Assembly (NCBI GenBank): GCA_027623675.1
Contig: JAQBVF010000001.1
Location: 1 to 64,000 of the forward strand
Source of the DNA: Chloroflexota bacterium
GTDB taxonomy: Bacteria; Chloroflexota; Dehalococcoidia; Lucifugimonadales; UBA3495
DNA: 64,000 bases
Direction of reading: 5' to 3'
The translations under genes were made by a program, and so were the position numbers. This document shows positions 9,122 to 17,935 of the stretch, piece by piece. How positions within the stretch are numbered: the first letter of the stretch is position 1; every line of letters begins with the position of its first letter. Under the pieces are notes generated by a model. It saw nothing but the letters and a program-made list of their open reading frames with translations. It searched no databases and was not told the origin of the DNA.

Positions 9122-10267
9122 ATGAAACGAAGCGAGTCGCGGATCCTGACCACCCACACGGGCAGCCTGCCCCGCTCACCTGAGCTGCAGGAATTGCTCC
9201 GCTCCAGGCTGGACCCCAAGGCCGGTGAAGAAGAGGAGTACCGCGCCGGGGTGGAAGAAGGCGTGGCCGATGTCGTTGCCCGGCAAGCGGCCGCCGGCAT
9301 CGACGTGATCAACGACGGCGAACAGGGCCGGGTCCAATACGCCACCTACGTGAAGGACCGCCTGACCGGCTTCGACGGCGAGCAGAAACTTCGGCAGATA
9401 CCCAGGAAAGACATGCTGGAATTTCCCGAGTTCGCCGCCCAGACCGGCCCTTCCTCATCCAGCAGCATCCCCTGGCCAGCCTGCACCGGCCCCATCGCCT
9501 GGAAGGACCGGGACGCCGTGCAGCGGGACATCCAACGGCTCCAGTCCGCCACCGCCGGCGTGAAAGCAGAAGAGGTGTTCATGACCGCCGCCTCCCCCGG
9601 AGTCATCGCCAACTTCCTCCATAACGAATACTACCCGTCGGAGGAGGAGTATCTGTACGTCCTGGCCGATGTGATGAAGGACGACTACAAGGCGATCGTA
9701 GACTCGGGACTGTTGCTGCAGATCGATTGCCCCGACCTGGCCATGACCCGGATCACCCAGTTCTCGCACCTCAGCGAGGATGACTTCATCAAGATAGTTG
9801 AGATGCACGTGGAGGTGTTGCAGTACGCCCTGGCCGGTCTCCCAGCCGACCGGATGCGCATGCACCTCTGCTGGGGCAACACCGAGGGCCCTCACCACCT
9901 GGACGTGCCGCTCAAAAAGATCGTCAACACAGTCCTGAAAGTGCCCACCGGCGCCATCTCATTCGAGGGCGCCAACCCCCGCCACGCCCATGAATGGAAG
10001 GTCTGGGAAGACGTGAAACTCCCCGAGGGCAAGATCATCGTCCCCGGAGTTTTGGACACGACGACCAACTTCATCGAGCACCCCGAACTCATCGCCCAAC
10101 GGATCGGCAACTACGCTGGAGTGGTTGGCAAAGAGAACATGATGGTCGGCAGCGACTGCGGCTTCGGCACATCCGCCTGGGGCCGCCGCGTGGAGTCGCG
10201 TATCGCCTGGGCGAAGTTAGCGTCCATGGTCGAAGGCGCCCGGCTGGCCAGCGAGGAACTCTGGTAA
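9122..10267 (+). CDS. Cobalamin-independent methionine synthase II-like (MetE C-terminal domain / epoxyalkane:CoM transferase-like) Zn enzyme
   Basis: TTHTGSLPR, DGEQ, LQIDCPD, HLCWGN, FE, SDCGF Zn-ligand pattern; single-domain length of 381 aa. Confidence 0.88.
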   Translation: MKRSESRILTTHTGSLPRSPELQELLRSRLDPKAGEEEEYRAGVEEGVADVVARQAAAGIDVINDGEQGRVQYATYVKDRLTGFDGEQKLRQIPRKDMLEFPEFAAQTGPSSSSSIPWPACTGPIAWKDRDAVQRDIQRLQSATAGVKAEEVFMTAASPGVIANFLHNEYYPSEEEYLYVLADVMKDDYKAIVDSGLLLQIDCPDLAMTRITQFSHLSEDDFIKIVEMHVEVLQYALAGLPADRMRMHLCWGNTEGPHHLDVPLKKIVNTVLKVPTGAISFEGANPRHAHEWKVWEDVKLPEGKIIVPGVLDTTTNFIEHPELIAQRIGNYAGVVGKENMMVGSDCGFGTSAWGRRVESRIAWAKLASMVEGARLASEELW

Positions 10268-10270
10268 GAA

Positions 10271-11602
10271 TTGGCCGATAACCGGGAAAATCCCCAAGAA
10301 AACTACCGGGAGAACTCCCAAGAAGAACCGGTGGTGCGGCCACTGACAGCGGCCGGAGCCGCCAATGAAGCCTCGACCGGGGCCAGCGGCGAACACCCAC
10401 TGCGCTGGCGAATGCTGGCGTTACTCTCGGTGGCCATGGTTTTAAGCCTAACGGTCTGGTTCAGCACCAACGCCATCGCCCCGGCGCTGGAGTCCGAGAA
10501 GGGCTTCTCCACCGGCGACATCGCCTGGCTGACAATCGCCGTCCAGATCGGCTTCGTGGCCGGCACCATGCTGATCGCCTTCACCAACCTGGCTGATGTG
10601 TTCAACACCCGCAAGGTCTTTGCCGTAAGCGCGCTCTTGGCCGGCGCCTGCAATGCCGCTCTGGTTTTCCTGCCGGGAGGCTTCGCCACTGCCCTGGCGC
10701 TCAGGGTCCTGGCCGGGGTTTGTTTGGGAGGGGTTTACCCACCAGGGATGAAGATCGTCTCCGGCTGGTTCCGGTCGGGCCGGGGCATCGCCATCGGCGT
10801 GATGATCGCGGCGCTGACCTTGGGCTCGGGCTCACCCCACCTGCTGCGCTCCATCTTCGTGGCCCAGTGGGAGATCACCCTGTACCTGAGCGCGGGGCTT
10901 GCGGCGTTGGCCGGGGCGATCGTTTACTTCCTGGTGCAAGACGGGCCGCTGGACGTGCCGGCGAGACAGTTCAAACCCGGGTACATCCTGGAGACGGTCC
11001 GGGTCAAGTCCACCCGGTTGGTCTTGTTCGGTTACCTGGGCCACATGTGGGAACTCTACGCCATGTGGGCCTGGATCCCAGCATTCCTGGTCACGGTCTA
11101 CGGGACCAAGAGCCTGATCGGAGACTCGCTGGACCTGGCGAGTCTGGTGGCCTTCCTGGTGTTCATCGCCGGGGCGGCTGGCTGCGTGGCCGCCGGAGTA
11201 TTCGCCGAGCGATTCGGACGCACGGCAATCACCAGTTGGGCCATGGCCATCAGCGGGGGTACGGCGCTATACATCGGGTTCCTGCCGGTGGAATGGGGCC
11301 TGGTCATCGCCATCGTCGCCATGGTGTGGGGAGCGTCGGTCGTGGCCGACTCCGCTCAGTTCTCCACGGCACTGACCGAGCTTTCGGACGACGATTACCG
11401 GGGAACGGCGTTGGCCTTTCAGACGGGGATCGGGTTCCTGCTGACCATCGCCCCCATACGGTTTCTGCCGGTGATGGCCGACGCCGTTGGCTGGGGTCCG
11501 GCATTTGCCGTGCTGGCCATCGGCCCGGCACTGGGCATCGCCGCCATGCTGCGGCTGCGGGCCATGCCGGAAGCCGCCGCCATGGCGCTGGGCCGGCGCT
11601 GA
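10271..11602 (+). CDS. MFS transporter
   Basis: About 12 hydrophobic segments; GVYPPGMK, GYLGHMWELYAMW and ADSAQFS motifs. Confidence 0.9.
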   Translation: MADNRENPQENYRENSQEEPVVRPLTAAGAANEASTGASGEHPLRWRMLALLSVAMVLSLTVWFSTNAIAPALESEKGFSTGDIAWLTIAVQIGFVAGTMLIAFTNLADVFNTRKVFAVSALLAGACNAALVFLPGGFATALALRVLAGVCLGGVYPPGMKIVSGWFRSGRGIAIGVMIAALTLGSGSPHLLRSIFVAQWEITLYLSAGLAALAGAIVYFLVQDGPLDVPARQFKPGYILETVRVKSTRLVLFGYLGHMWELYAMWAWIPAFLVTVYGTKSLIGDSLDLASLVAFLVFIAGAAGCVAAGVFAERFGRTAITSWAMAISGGTALYIGFLPVEWGLVIAIVAMVWGASVVADSAQFSTALTELSDDDYRGTALAFQTGIGFLLTIAPIRFLPVMADAVGWGPAFAVLAIGPALGIAAMLRLRAMPEAAAMALGRR

Positions 11603-11781
11603 CTGGGACCGCCGCCGATCCAAACCCCTTGGTCTCGCTTAGCGAGGCTGATGCGTGGAGTTCTATCCTGCCTGACCGTCCCCTGGCGCGTGGGAAGGGA
11701 CTAGTTGTTTACAACTTCAGAGCAGCCACCCAATGAAGTCTCCGCCAAACATGACTTAGGGCGTGAGCGAATCTAATAGGA

Positions 11782-11859
11782 TGTCACCCGGAGCGAAGCG
11801 AAGGGTCTGCCAATCTCAACATCGGAAGATTCTTCCTCTCTGCACTCGTCGGCATGCCA
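11782..11859. repeat. Degenerate REP-like palindromic element
   Basis: TGTCACCCGGAGCGAAGCGAAGGGTCT ... AGATTCTTC...GGCATGCCA resembles the GTCAYYCTGAGCGAAGCGAAG...GAGATTCTTCG intergenic repeat family; right arm decayed. Confidence 0.55.
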
Positions 11860-11916
11860 GGTTTGCGGCGGGGTTCAGGATAACTGGCAGCCCCCGTCGC
11901 CAGAGGGAAAGCGGGC

Positions 11917-12114
11917 CTAGTCCTGCTGGGCGATCCTGAAGTTGAAGCTGATGGTCCGGGTCAGCGTGCCGTCGGAGTCCCTCTCAGGGCCGTATTCCTC
12001 TGCCGAAAGGCGCAACTCAATGCCGAGGCGGCGCATGTCGTTGGCCAGGGCTTCTACCCGGCGGCGCACCTCGGACACGTCTTGGTCGAGTTCTGATTGG
12101 TCGTTCGTCGCCAT
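11917..12114 (-). CDS. Small hypothetical protein (65 aa)
   Basis: ATG at 12114 after GGTGGA; host-like codon usage; amphipathic helix followed by beta strands. Confidence 0.6.
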   Translation of the reverse strand: MATNDQSELDQDVSEVRRRVEALANDMRRLGIELRLSAEEYGPERDSDGTLTRTISFNFRIAQQD

Positions 12115-12177
12115 CGATCGGTTTTCCACCTAAGCCGGAGCGCCGTCTGCTGAAACGCGGGCGGCGCTCCGGTAAAG

Positions 12178-12242
12178 TTCCGTTGATAGTTTCCGTGGGT
12201 AAATCCAGTGGGTGAATCCCGTGGGCTAGCTACGCGGGCAAG
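12178..12242. repeat. Degenerate 13-bp tandem repeat (about 5 units)
   Basis: GTGGG-like core at 12182, 12195, 12208, 12221, 12234. Confidence 0.6.
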
Positions 12243-12254
12243 TTTAGTTGAGTC

Positions 12255-13073
12255 TTAGTAGTAGACCGCGTTTCCAGAACCGCCGCCGGCCATGATCACC
12301 TCTCCGGTGACGGCCCACGACTTGTCCGACGCCAGGTAGGCCGTCAGGTAACCGATCTCCGAAGCGTCAACCATCCGGTTGATGTGGTTGCCCCGGGGCG
12401 AACCGTCGGCGAAGTCCTGGGCTTCGGCCTCCTGAGGGGTCACGCCCAGCTGCTTGCCGCGGGCCTCCAGCAGGCCGACCGTGCGCTCGGTGCGGGTGGT
12501 GCCGGGATGGATGCAGTTGACGGTGATGCCGAACTTGCCCACCTGGACGGCCAGGGTCTTGGTCAGGTGGACCAGGGACACGTTGCGGGCGCCGCCGCTC
12601 AGGTTTCCGGCGTTCCGGGCGTTGCCGCCGCTGATGTTGATGATGCGGCCCCAGGGCTGTTCCTTCAAGAAGGGAATGGCGGCACGGGCGCAGCGCAGAG
12701 CGCCGACATATTTGACGTCGAAGTCGCCCAACAGTTCGTCCTCGTTGACCGTGTCGATGGGTCCGACGGCTCCCGGTGACCCGCCGGGCAGAGATGCGCT
12801 ATTGACCAGGATGTCCAGGCCGCCCAACTGTCTGGCGGCTTCGGCCATAACGCGGTCCACATCTTCGCGGGAGGTGACATCCAAAACCATGGGGATGATT
12901 CGCCTCCCGGTGATGTCTTCGATCTCCTTGGCGCTTGCTTCCAATGCCGACTGGGTTCGCGAAGCTATCACCACGTCGCAACCCTCCCGGGCCAGCTCCA
13001 ACGCGATGGCTTTGCCGATGCCACGGCTGCCGCCGCCCACAAATGCTCGTTTGTCCTTCAGTCCGAGATCCAT
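12255..13073 (-). CDS. SDR family oxidoreductase (atypical active site)
   Basis: MDLGLKDK start after an AGGAG RBS; GGGSRGIG, LDILVN, NCIHPG, TGEVI; no YxxxK. Confidence 0.9.
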   Translation of the reverse strand: MDLGLKDKRAFVGGGSRGIGKAIALELAREGCDVVIASRTQSALEASAKEIEDITGRRIIPMVLDVTSREDVDRVMAEAARQLGGLDILVNSASLPGGSPGAVGPIDTVNEDELLGDFDVKYVGALRCARAAIPFLKEQPWGRIINISGGNARNAGNLSGGARNVSLVHLTKTLAVQVGKFGITVNCIHPGTTRTERTVGLLEARGKQLGVTPQEAEAQDFADGSPRGNHINRMVDASEIGYLTAYLASDKSWAVTGEVIMAGGGSGNAVYY

Positions 13074-13403
13074 CTTGCAGTCTCCTCTATTACCGTTAGG
13101 CCCAAATATCATTGATTTCCCGTGCTTGGCGCATTCTACACAACGCCAGAACCGTCGGCAATTTTTGGCGCCAAACGGCAGGCCGGACCGGGCCTGTTCG
13201 CCACTTGGAGATGCCGGCGCTCTGGCGGTTAAAATATAGAGTACGGCGGTCGCTGGGCGAACCCTGGCGTCACGCCCTGGAATCTCAATAACTGAATCGC
13301 GGCTCCTGCCCACCGGGTAGACGGGCATCTGCCCCATCTCTGGGCGAGTTAATCGCCATCGATCCTTGCTCCCCGCAAACAACAATAAAGGCAGGAGGAG
13401 TCC

Positions 13404-14459
13404 ATGAAGATCGTAGCAGTGCTGTACCCCGGAGGACCCGCGGCCGCCGAAAACCCGGAATTGTTGGGGTGTGCCGAACACGCCCTTGGCCTGCGCCAAT
13501 GGTTGGAGGCGCAGGGGCACGAGTTGGTGGCGATCTCCGACACCGAAGCCGGGCTTGAGGCCCAACTGCCCACCGCTGACATCCTGATCGCAACCCCGTT
13601 CTGGCCCGCCTATATCACCCGTGAACGCGTCGCCATGGCGCCCAACCTGAAGCTGCTGCTCACGGCCGGCGTGGGTTCCGACCATTTCGACCTGGCCGCC
13701 GCCGCCGAACGGAACATCACCGTGGCCGAGATCACCGGCAGTAACGTGGTCAGTGTCGCCGAGCATGTGGTGATGCAGATGCTCACCCTGGTGCGCAACT
13801 ATATCCCTTCATATCTCGAGGTCATCGAAGGCGGCTGGGACATCGGCAAGGTGGCCGCCCGCTCCCACGACCTGGAAGACAAATCGGTGGGCATCGTCGG
13901 CATGGGCCGCATCGGACAGCGCGTCGCCGCCCGCCTCAAGCCCTTCGATGTCCGCACCTCCTACTTCGACTACCGCCGGCTGAGCAACACCGAGGAACAG
14001 TTCCTGGGCGCCCGCTATTCCAAGCTTGTGCCGTTGGTCCAGTCCTGCGACGTGGTCAGCATCAACATACCGCTAACGCCGGCAACCCAGGGCCTATTCG
14101 ACCGGGAACTGCTCTACAGCATGAAGCAGGGCGCCTACCTGGTGAACACGGCCCGTGGGCGGATCGTGAACACGGAAGACCTGGTGGAGGCGATGGAGGC
14201 CGGGCACCTGGCGGGCTACGCCGGGGACGTTTGGTATCCCCAGCCGGCGCCGGCGGACCATCCCTGGCGCAAGATGCCCAACCATGCCATGACGCCCCAC
14301 GTGTCCGGGACGTCGCTGGAGGCGCAGAAACGCTACTCCGACGGCATACGCGATTGCCTGGAGAACTTCTTCGCCGGAGAGCCCATCGACCGGGACTACA
14401 TCATCGTTGAGGGCGGCCGGGTAACCAGCCCCAGCTACGCCTACGCCTACGAGGGCTAG
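13404..14459 (+). CDS. fdh: NAD-dependent formate dehydrogenase (metal-independent)
   Basis: MKIVAVLY, ELLGC, TPFWPAY, GVGSDH, GSNVVSVAEH, GYAGDVWYPQPAPADHPWR, TPHVSGTSL. Confidence 0.93.
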   Translation: MKIVAVLYPGGPAAAENPELLGCAEHALGLRQWLEAQGHELVAISDTEAGLEAQLPTADILIATPFWPAYITRERVAMAPNLKLLLTAGVGSDHFDLAAAAERNITVAEITGSNVVSVAEHVVMQMLTLVRNYIPSYLEVIEGGWDIGKVAARSHDLEDKSVGIVGMGRIGQRVAARLKPFDVRTSYFDYRRLSNTEEQFLGARYSKLVPLVQSCDVVSINIPLTPATQGLFDRELLYSMKQGAYLVNTARGRIVNTEDLVEAMEAGHLAGYAGDVWYPQPAPADHPWRKMPNHAMTPHVSGTSLEAQKRYSDGIRDCLENFFAGEPIDRDYIIVEGGRVTSPSYAYAYEG

Positions 14460-14483
14460 CCGCTCCTTTCCGGACCGAAACGA

Positions 14484-14516
14484 GAATCTCCCGGACCTTG
14501 TCGGTCCGGGAGATTC
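14484..14516. terminator. Perfect hairpin between convergent fdh and MFS genes
   Basis: GAATCTCCCGGACC-TTGTC-GGTCCGGGAGATTC; no U-tract. Confidence 0.55.
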
Positions 14517-14576
14517 CTAACGCCCTCCGTGCCGGGTTCAGCACCGGGCCGGCCCATGGCCACGATACCGAAGGGC

Positions 14577-15905
14577 TTAGTCCTCCGGGGCCGTCGCCGG
14601 AAGCCGTGCGGGCCGTCCGGCCTCCCCCGGTCTGGCCAGCGTGAGCGCGACCACTGAGAGCGCCGGCAAGGCCATCATGACCACCATGCCAACGGTGTAG
14701 GAGCCGGTGAGTTCCCGGAACACGGCCAGGGGCAGCGGGCCGATGGCCGAGGCGCAGAAGGTGATGGTCATGGCCGACCCCTGCACGCGGCCCAAACCGT
14801 GCCGTCCGTAGTAGTGGGCCCAGATGACTCACTGAACGATGTGGTGCGCCCCGCCGGCCACGCCCATCACCACCACATAGACCACGGCCGTGAACGCCGA
14901 CCCAATGGCCACGGCCAGCGCCAATGCCACCAGCAGAGCGGCCATGGAGAAGGCATAGAGGGCCTTGGGGCCGATGCGGTCAACGGCGAATCCGGCCAGC
15001 AGGGAACTCACCGCCGACGATGCGGCAAAGATGACGAAGACGCCTGCGGCCAATGTGGCGCTCAGTCCCTTTTCTTCGAATATGGATGTCTGGTGGAAGA
15101 CCAGCGCGGTGGAAACCAGACCCGGCGTCCCCAGCGACAATGCCAGCAGCCAGAAGCCCAATGAGCCGAAGACCCGCGTGTCTCTGGCGCCCCCCAACGC
15201 CGCCTGCCGGGTCTCGGATACGGGCGGCTCGGACGACCCGTCGGGGTAGAGACCTGCGTCTTCGGGCCGGTTCCTCACTACCAGGATAGCCACCGGCACG
15301 ATCAACACGATGGCGACCACTCCGATTACCGCATATGCCTCGCGCCAGCCGATGTTGTCGATCAGGAACCGGGCAAAGGGCGGGAAGATGGCGTTGGACA
15401 GCACCGCCCCCATGCCCATCATGGCGATGGCCCGGCCCCGGCGCGAGACGAACCACTGGGTCACCAGCAGGATGGCGTTGATGGTCAGGGACCCCTGCCC
15501 CAGAGCGCGCAGGCTGGCGAAGGCGATGTAGAACAGCACGATGTTGGTGGCGGTGGCCATGCCGAGGCAGGCCGCTCCGAAACCCAGCCCAACGGCCACC
15601 AGCATGGTGCGCGGGCCGTAACGGTCGGCCAGGCGGCTCACGATGGCCACCAGGATGGCGCTGGCGCCGGTGCTGGCCATGTACAGGGCGGATATGCCGG
15701 GGCGGGAGAGTCCGGTATCCGCGATTATCGAGTCGATGAATATGGAGAAGACATACGACTGACCCGGCCCGCTGCTGAAGGCCACCAGTCCCGATGCGGC
15801 AACGATGAACCAGCCGTAGAACACGCGGCGGCTGGGCTTGGGGAGATTTTCCGTTGGAGTGGTTATGGTCTTTCCCAAAGGGCTCGGAATGACCTGGTTG
15901 GGCAT
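14577..15905 (-). pseudogene. MFS transporter interrupted by one in-frame TGA (14829-14831)
   Basis: The same frame continues past the stop: HHIVQ*VIWAHYYGRHGLGRVQG...; ORFs 14829-15905 and 14577-14795 are in frame. Confidence 0.8.
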
Positions 15906-16046
15906 GGGCCGGCAAGAACGCGAGCACCTAATATTACGCCAGATACCAAGGATGTGTTCCCGGTTACGTCAACCTGGGATATAGTGTCTGCGGTAAATCA
16001 TGGAATCGATCCCGGCGGAAGAGCCGCCGGCATAGGGAGTGCAATC

Positions 16047-16709
16047 ATGGCCGCCAAGAAAGGGACCGGACTGCTGATGGTCTGGTGCGACGTTCCCGCG
16101 GACCGGGAAGACGAGTTCAACCACTGGTACAACGAAGAACACATCGCCGAGATACTCACGGTGCCCGGCGTGCTTGACGCCGCCCGTTACGAGGCGGTCA
16201 AGGGCGGACCCAAGCACCTGGCCTGCTACGAACTGGAAAGCCCGGCCGCAGTGCTTGGCGACGGCTTCACCAAACGCACCAAGTCCAAGTGGAGCGAGAC
16301 CATGGGGCCGACCCTCATCGGCACTAACTTCTTCAACCCCCTCTACGAGATGATCTACCCCGACTCGGTCTCCAGCGAGATGGCGAACTCGGGCATGGCG
16401 CCGGCGCTGCAGGTTGGCCGCATGAACATCCCGGCCGAGAGGACCGACGAGTGGAACCGGTGGTATAACTCGACCTTTGTACCCAACTTCGAGAAGGTCC
16501 CCGGTGTGATCCGTGGGCGGCGATTCAAGACCGTGCGCGGCGAAGACCCCATGTACTCAGTGGTCTACGAGTTCGAGAATGAGAACGTCTCCCAGACCCC
16601 GGAATGGGCGGCCCAGTTGGACGCCGACCCCAAGAACGCCGAGATGCGCGCCCTGATAACCCATGGCCCCGGCTCCCCAAGCATCTTCAAGAAGACGTTC
16701 GAACTGTAA
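16047..16709 (+). CDS. Tandem dimeric alpha/beta-barrel protein (DUF4286/EthD-like)
   Basis: Two repeats of EFNxWYNxxH/F..VPGV...RY/F; ATG 16047 after GGGAG. Confidence 0.75.
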   Translation: MAAKKGTGLLMVWCDVPADREDEFNHWYNEEHIAEILTVPGVLDAARYEAVKGGPKHLACYELESPAAVLGDGFTKRTKSKWSETMGPTLIGTNFFNPLYEMIYPDSVSSEMANSGMAPALQVGRMNIPAERTDEWNRWYNSTFVPNFEKVPGVIRGRRFKTVRGEDPMYSVVYEFENENVSQTPEWAAQLDADPKNAEMRALITHGPGSPSIFKKTFEL

Positions 16710-16741
16710 GGGCCACACCAACGACCTAACTGGAGAATCTC

Positions 16742-17542
16742 ATGCCCAATCACAAGATCAACGTCGGCAACGTGGAGTTAATCTCCCTGAACGACAACCT
16801 GCCCATCAGGTCGCCATTCGTCGCCTTCCCCCACACCACCATCGAGCAGTGGAACGAGTACCCGGAGTTGATGGCCGACCACGAGAACGGCAAACACCGT
16901 TGGGGGTCGCTGGCCGTCCGCTCATCCGGCAAGCTGATCGTGGTGGACACCGGCATGCAGGGCGAGGGCTGCTATCTGCTGGACGACATGAAAGAGAAGG
17001 GCATCGACCGGGATGAGGTGGACATCGTGGTCTTCACCCATGTCCACCCCGACCACGTCGGCTGGAATTTCACCGGCGGCAAGCCCAACTTCCCCAACGC
17101 CCGGTTCCTGGTGCCCCAAAAGGATTGGGACTACTGGACCCAACCCGACGTGATCAACACGGTCGAGTACGTGATTCCCCAAGTGCTGCCGCTGCAAGAA
17201 CTGGGCGTCATGGAACTGATCGACGGCGAGCACCAGATAACGCCGGAGCTGACCACCTACCCCACGCCGGGCCACACCCCAGGCCACAACTCCATCCGCA
17301 TCACGTCCAACGGGGAGCACGCCTTTATCCTGGGCGACGTGGCGCACAGTCCCATCCAGGCGCACCACACAGACTGGTGCCCCGAGTTCGACATCATCCC
17401 AGACATGGCCCGCGCCACCCGGCATGCGGTGATGGACATGCTGGAGGCCGAGGGCACCCTGGTTTCGGCGGGTCACTTCCCCGACCCCGGTTTCGGCCGG
17501 TTCATCCGCGGCGAAGAACGCCGCTATTGGCAGGGCATCTAG
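16742..17542 (+). CDS. MBL-fold metallo-hydrolase
   Basis: VDTG, THVHPDHVG, GHTPGH, GD and C-terminal H. Confidence 0.92.
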   Translation: MPNHKINVGNVELISLNDNLPIRSPFVAFPHTTIEQWNEYPELMADHENGKHRWGSLAVRSSGKLIVVDTGMQGEGCYLLDDMKEKGIDRDEVDIVVFTHVHPDHVGWNFTGGKPNFPNARFLVPQKDWDYWTQPDVINTVEYVIPQVLPLQELGVMELIDGEHQITPELTTYPTPGHTPGHNSIRITSNGEHAFILGDVAHSPIQAHHTDWCPEFDIIPDMARATRHAVMDMLEAEGTLVSAGHFPDPGFGRFIRGEERRYWQGI

Positions 17543-17572
17543 GCCCAACCTTTCTGAATACGGGAGATAACG

Positions 17573-17932
17573 ATGCCCAAAGCGAAGCTGGTCCGGTTCG
17601 ACAGCGCCGAACATCAGGAAAGACGGCCCGGCGTGGTGCTTTCCAGCCTGGTTGACGGTGACACGGGGGCCACCAAGATCTCCAGCGGAGTCGCCGAGTT
17701 CGCCGCCGGAGCTTCGGCGCCCACCCACTTTCACGACGCCGAAGAATCAGTCATCGTTATCGAGGGCGAGGGCCTGATGGTCATCAACGGCGAAGAACAC
17801 ATCGTACGTCCCAACGACGCCGCCTTCATCGCCCCCGGCGCCCACCACAGCATCGCCAACCACGGAGACCAACCCTTCAAGATAAGCTGGACCTACGCCA
17901 GCATCAACTGGTCGACAACGCCCGTGGAGTAA
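17573..17932 (+). CDS. Cupin domain protein
   Basis: HFHDAEE...G.G...PGAHHSIAN cupin motifs. Confidence 0.9.
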   Translation: MPKAKLVRFDSAEHQERRPGVVLSSLVDGDTGATKISSGVAEFAAGASAPTHFHDAEESVIVIEGEGLMVINGEEHIVRPNDAAFIAPGAHHSIANHGDQPFKISWTYASINWSTTPVE

Positions 17933-17935
17933 GCC

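Noticed and set aside
13074..13766. N-terminal extension of the 503-aa SDR ORF (similarly 2180-2545 for cbiX and 58149-58322 for pstS)
   Set aside because: Overlaps other genes or spacers; better starts lie downstream, at the family-typical N-terminus
14829..14831. Selenocysteine in the MFS transporter
   Set aside because: Not in a redox motif, lies in a membrane-helix context, and has no convincing SECIS-like hairpin; a Gly codon mutation is simpler
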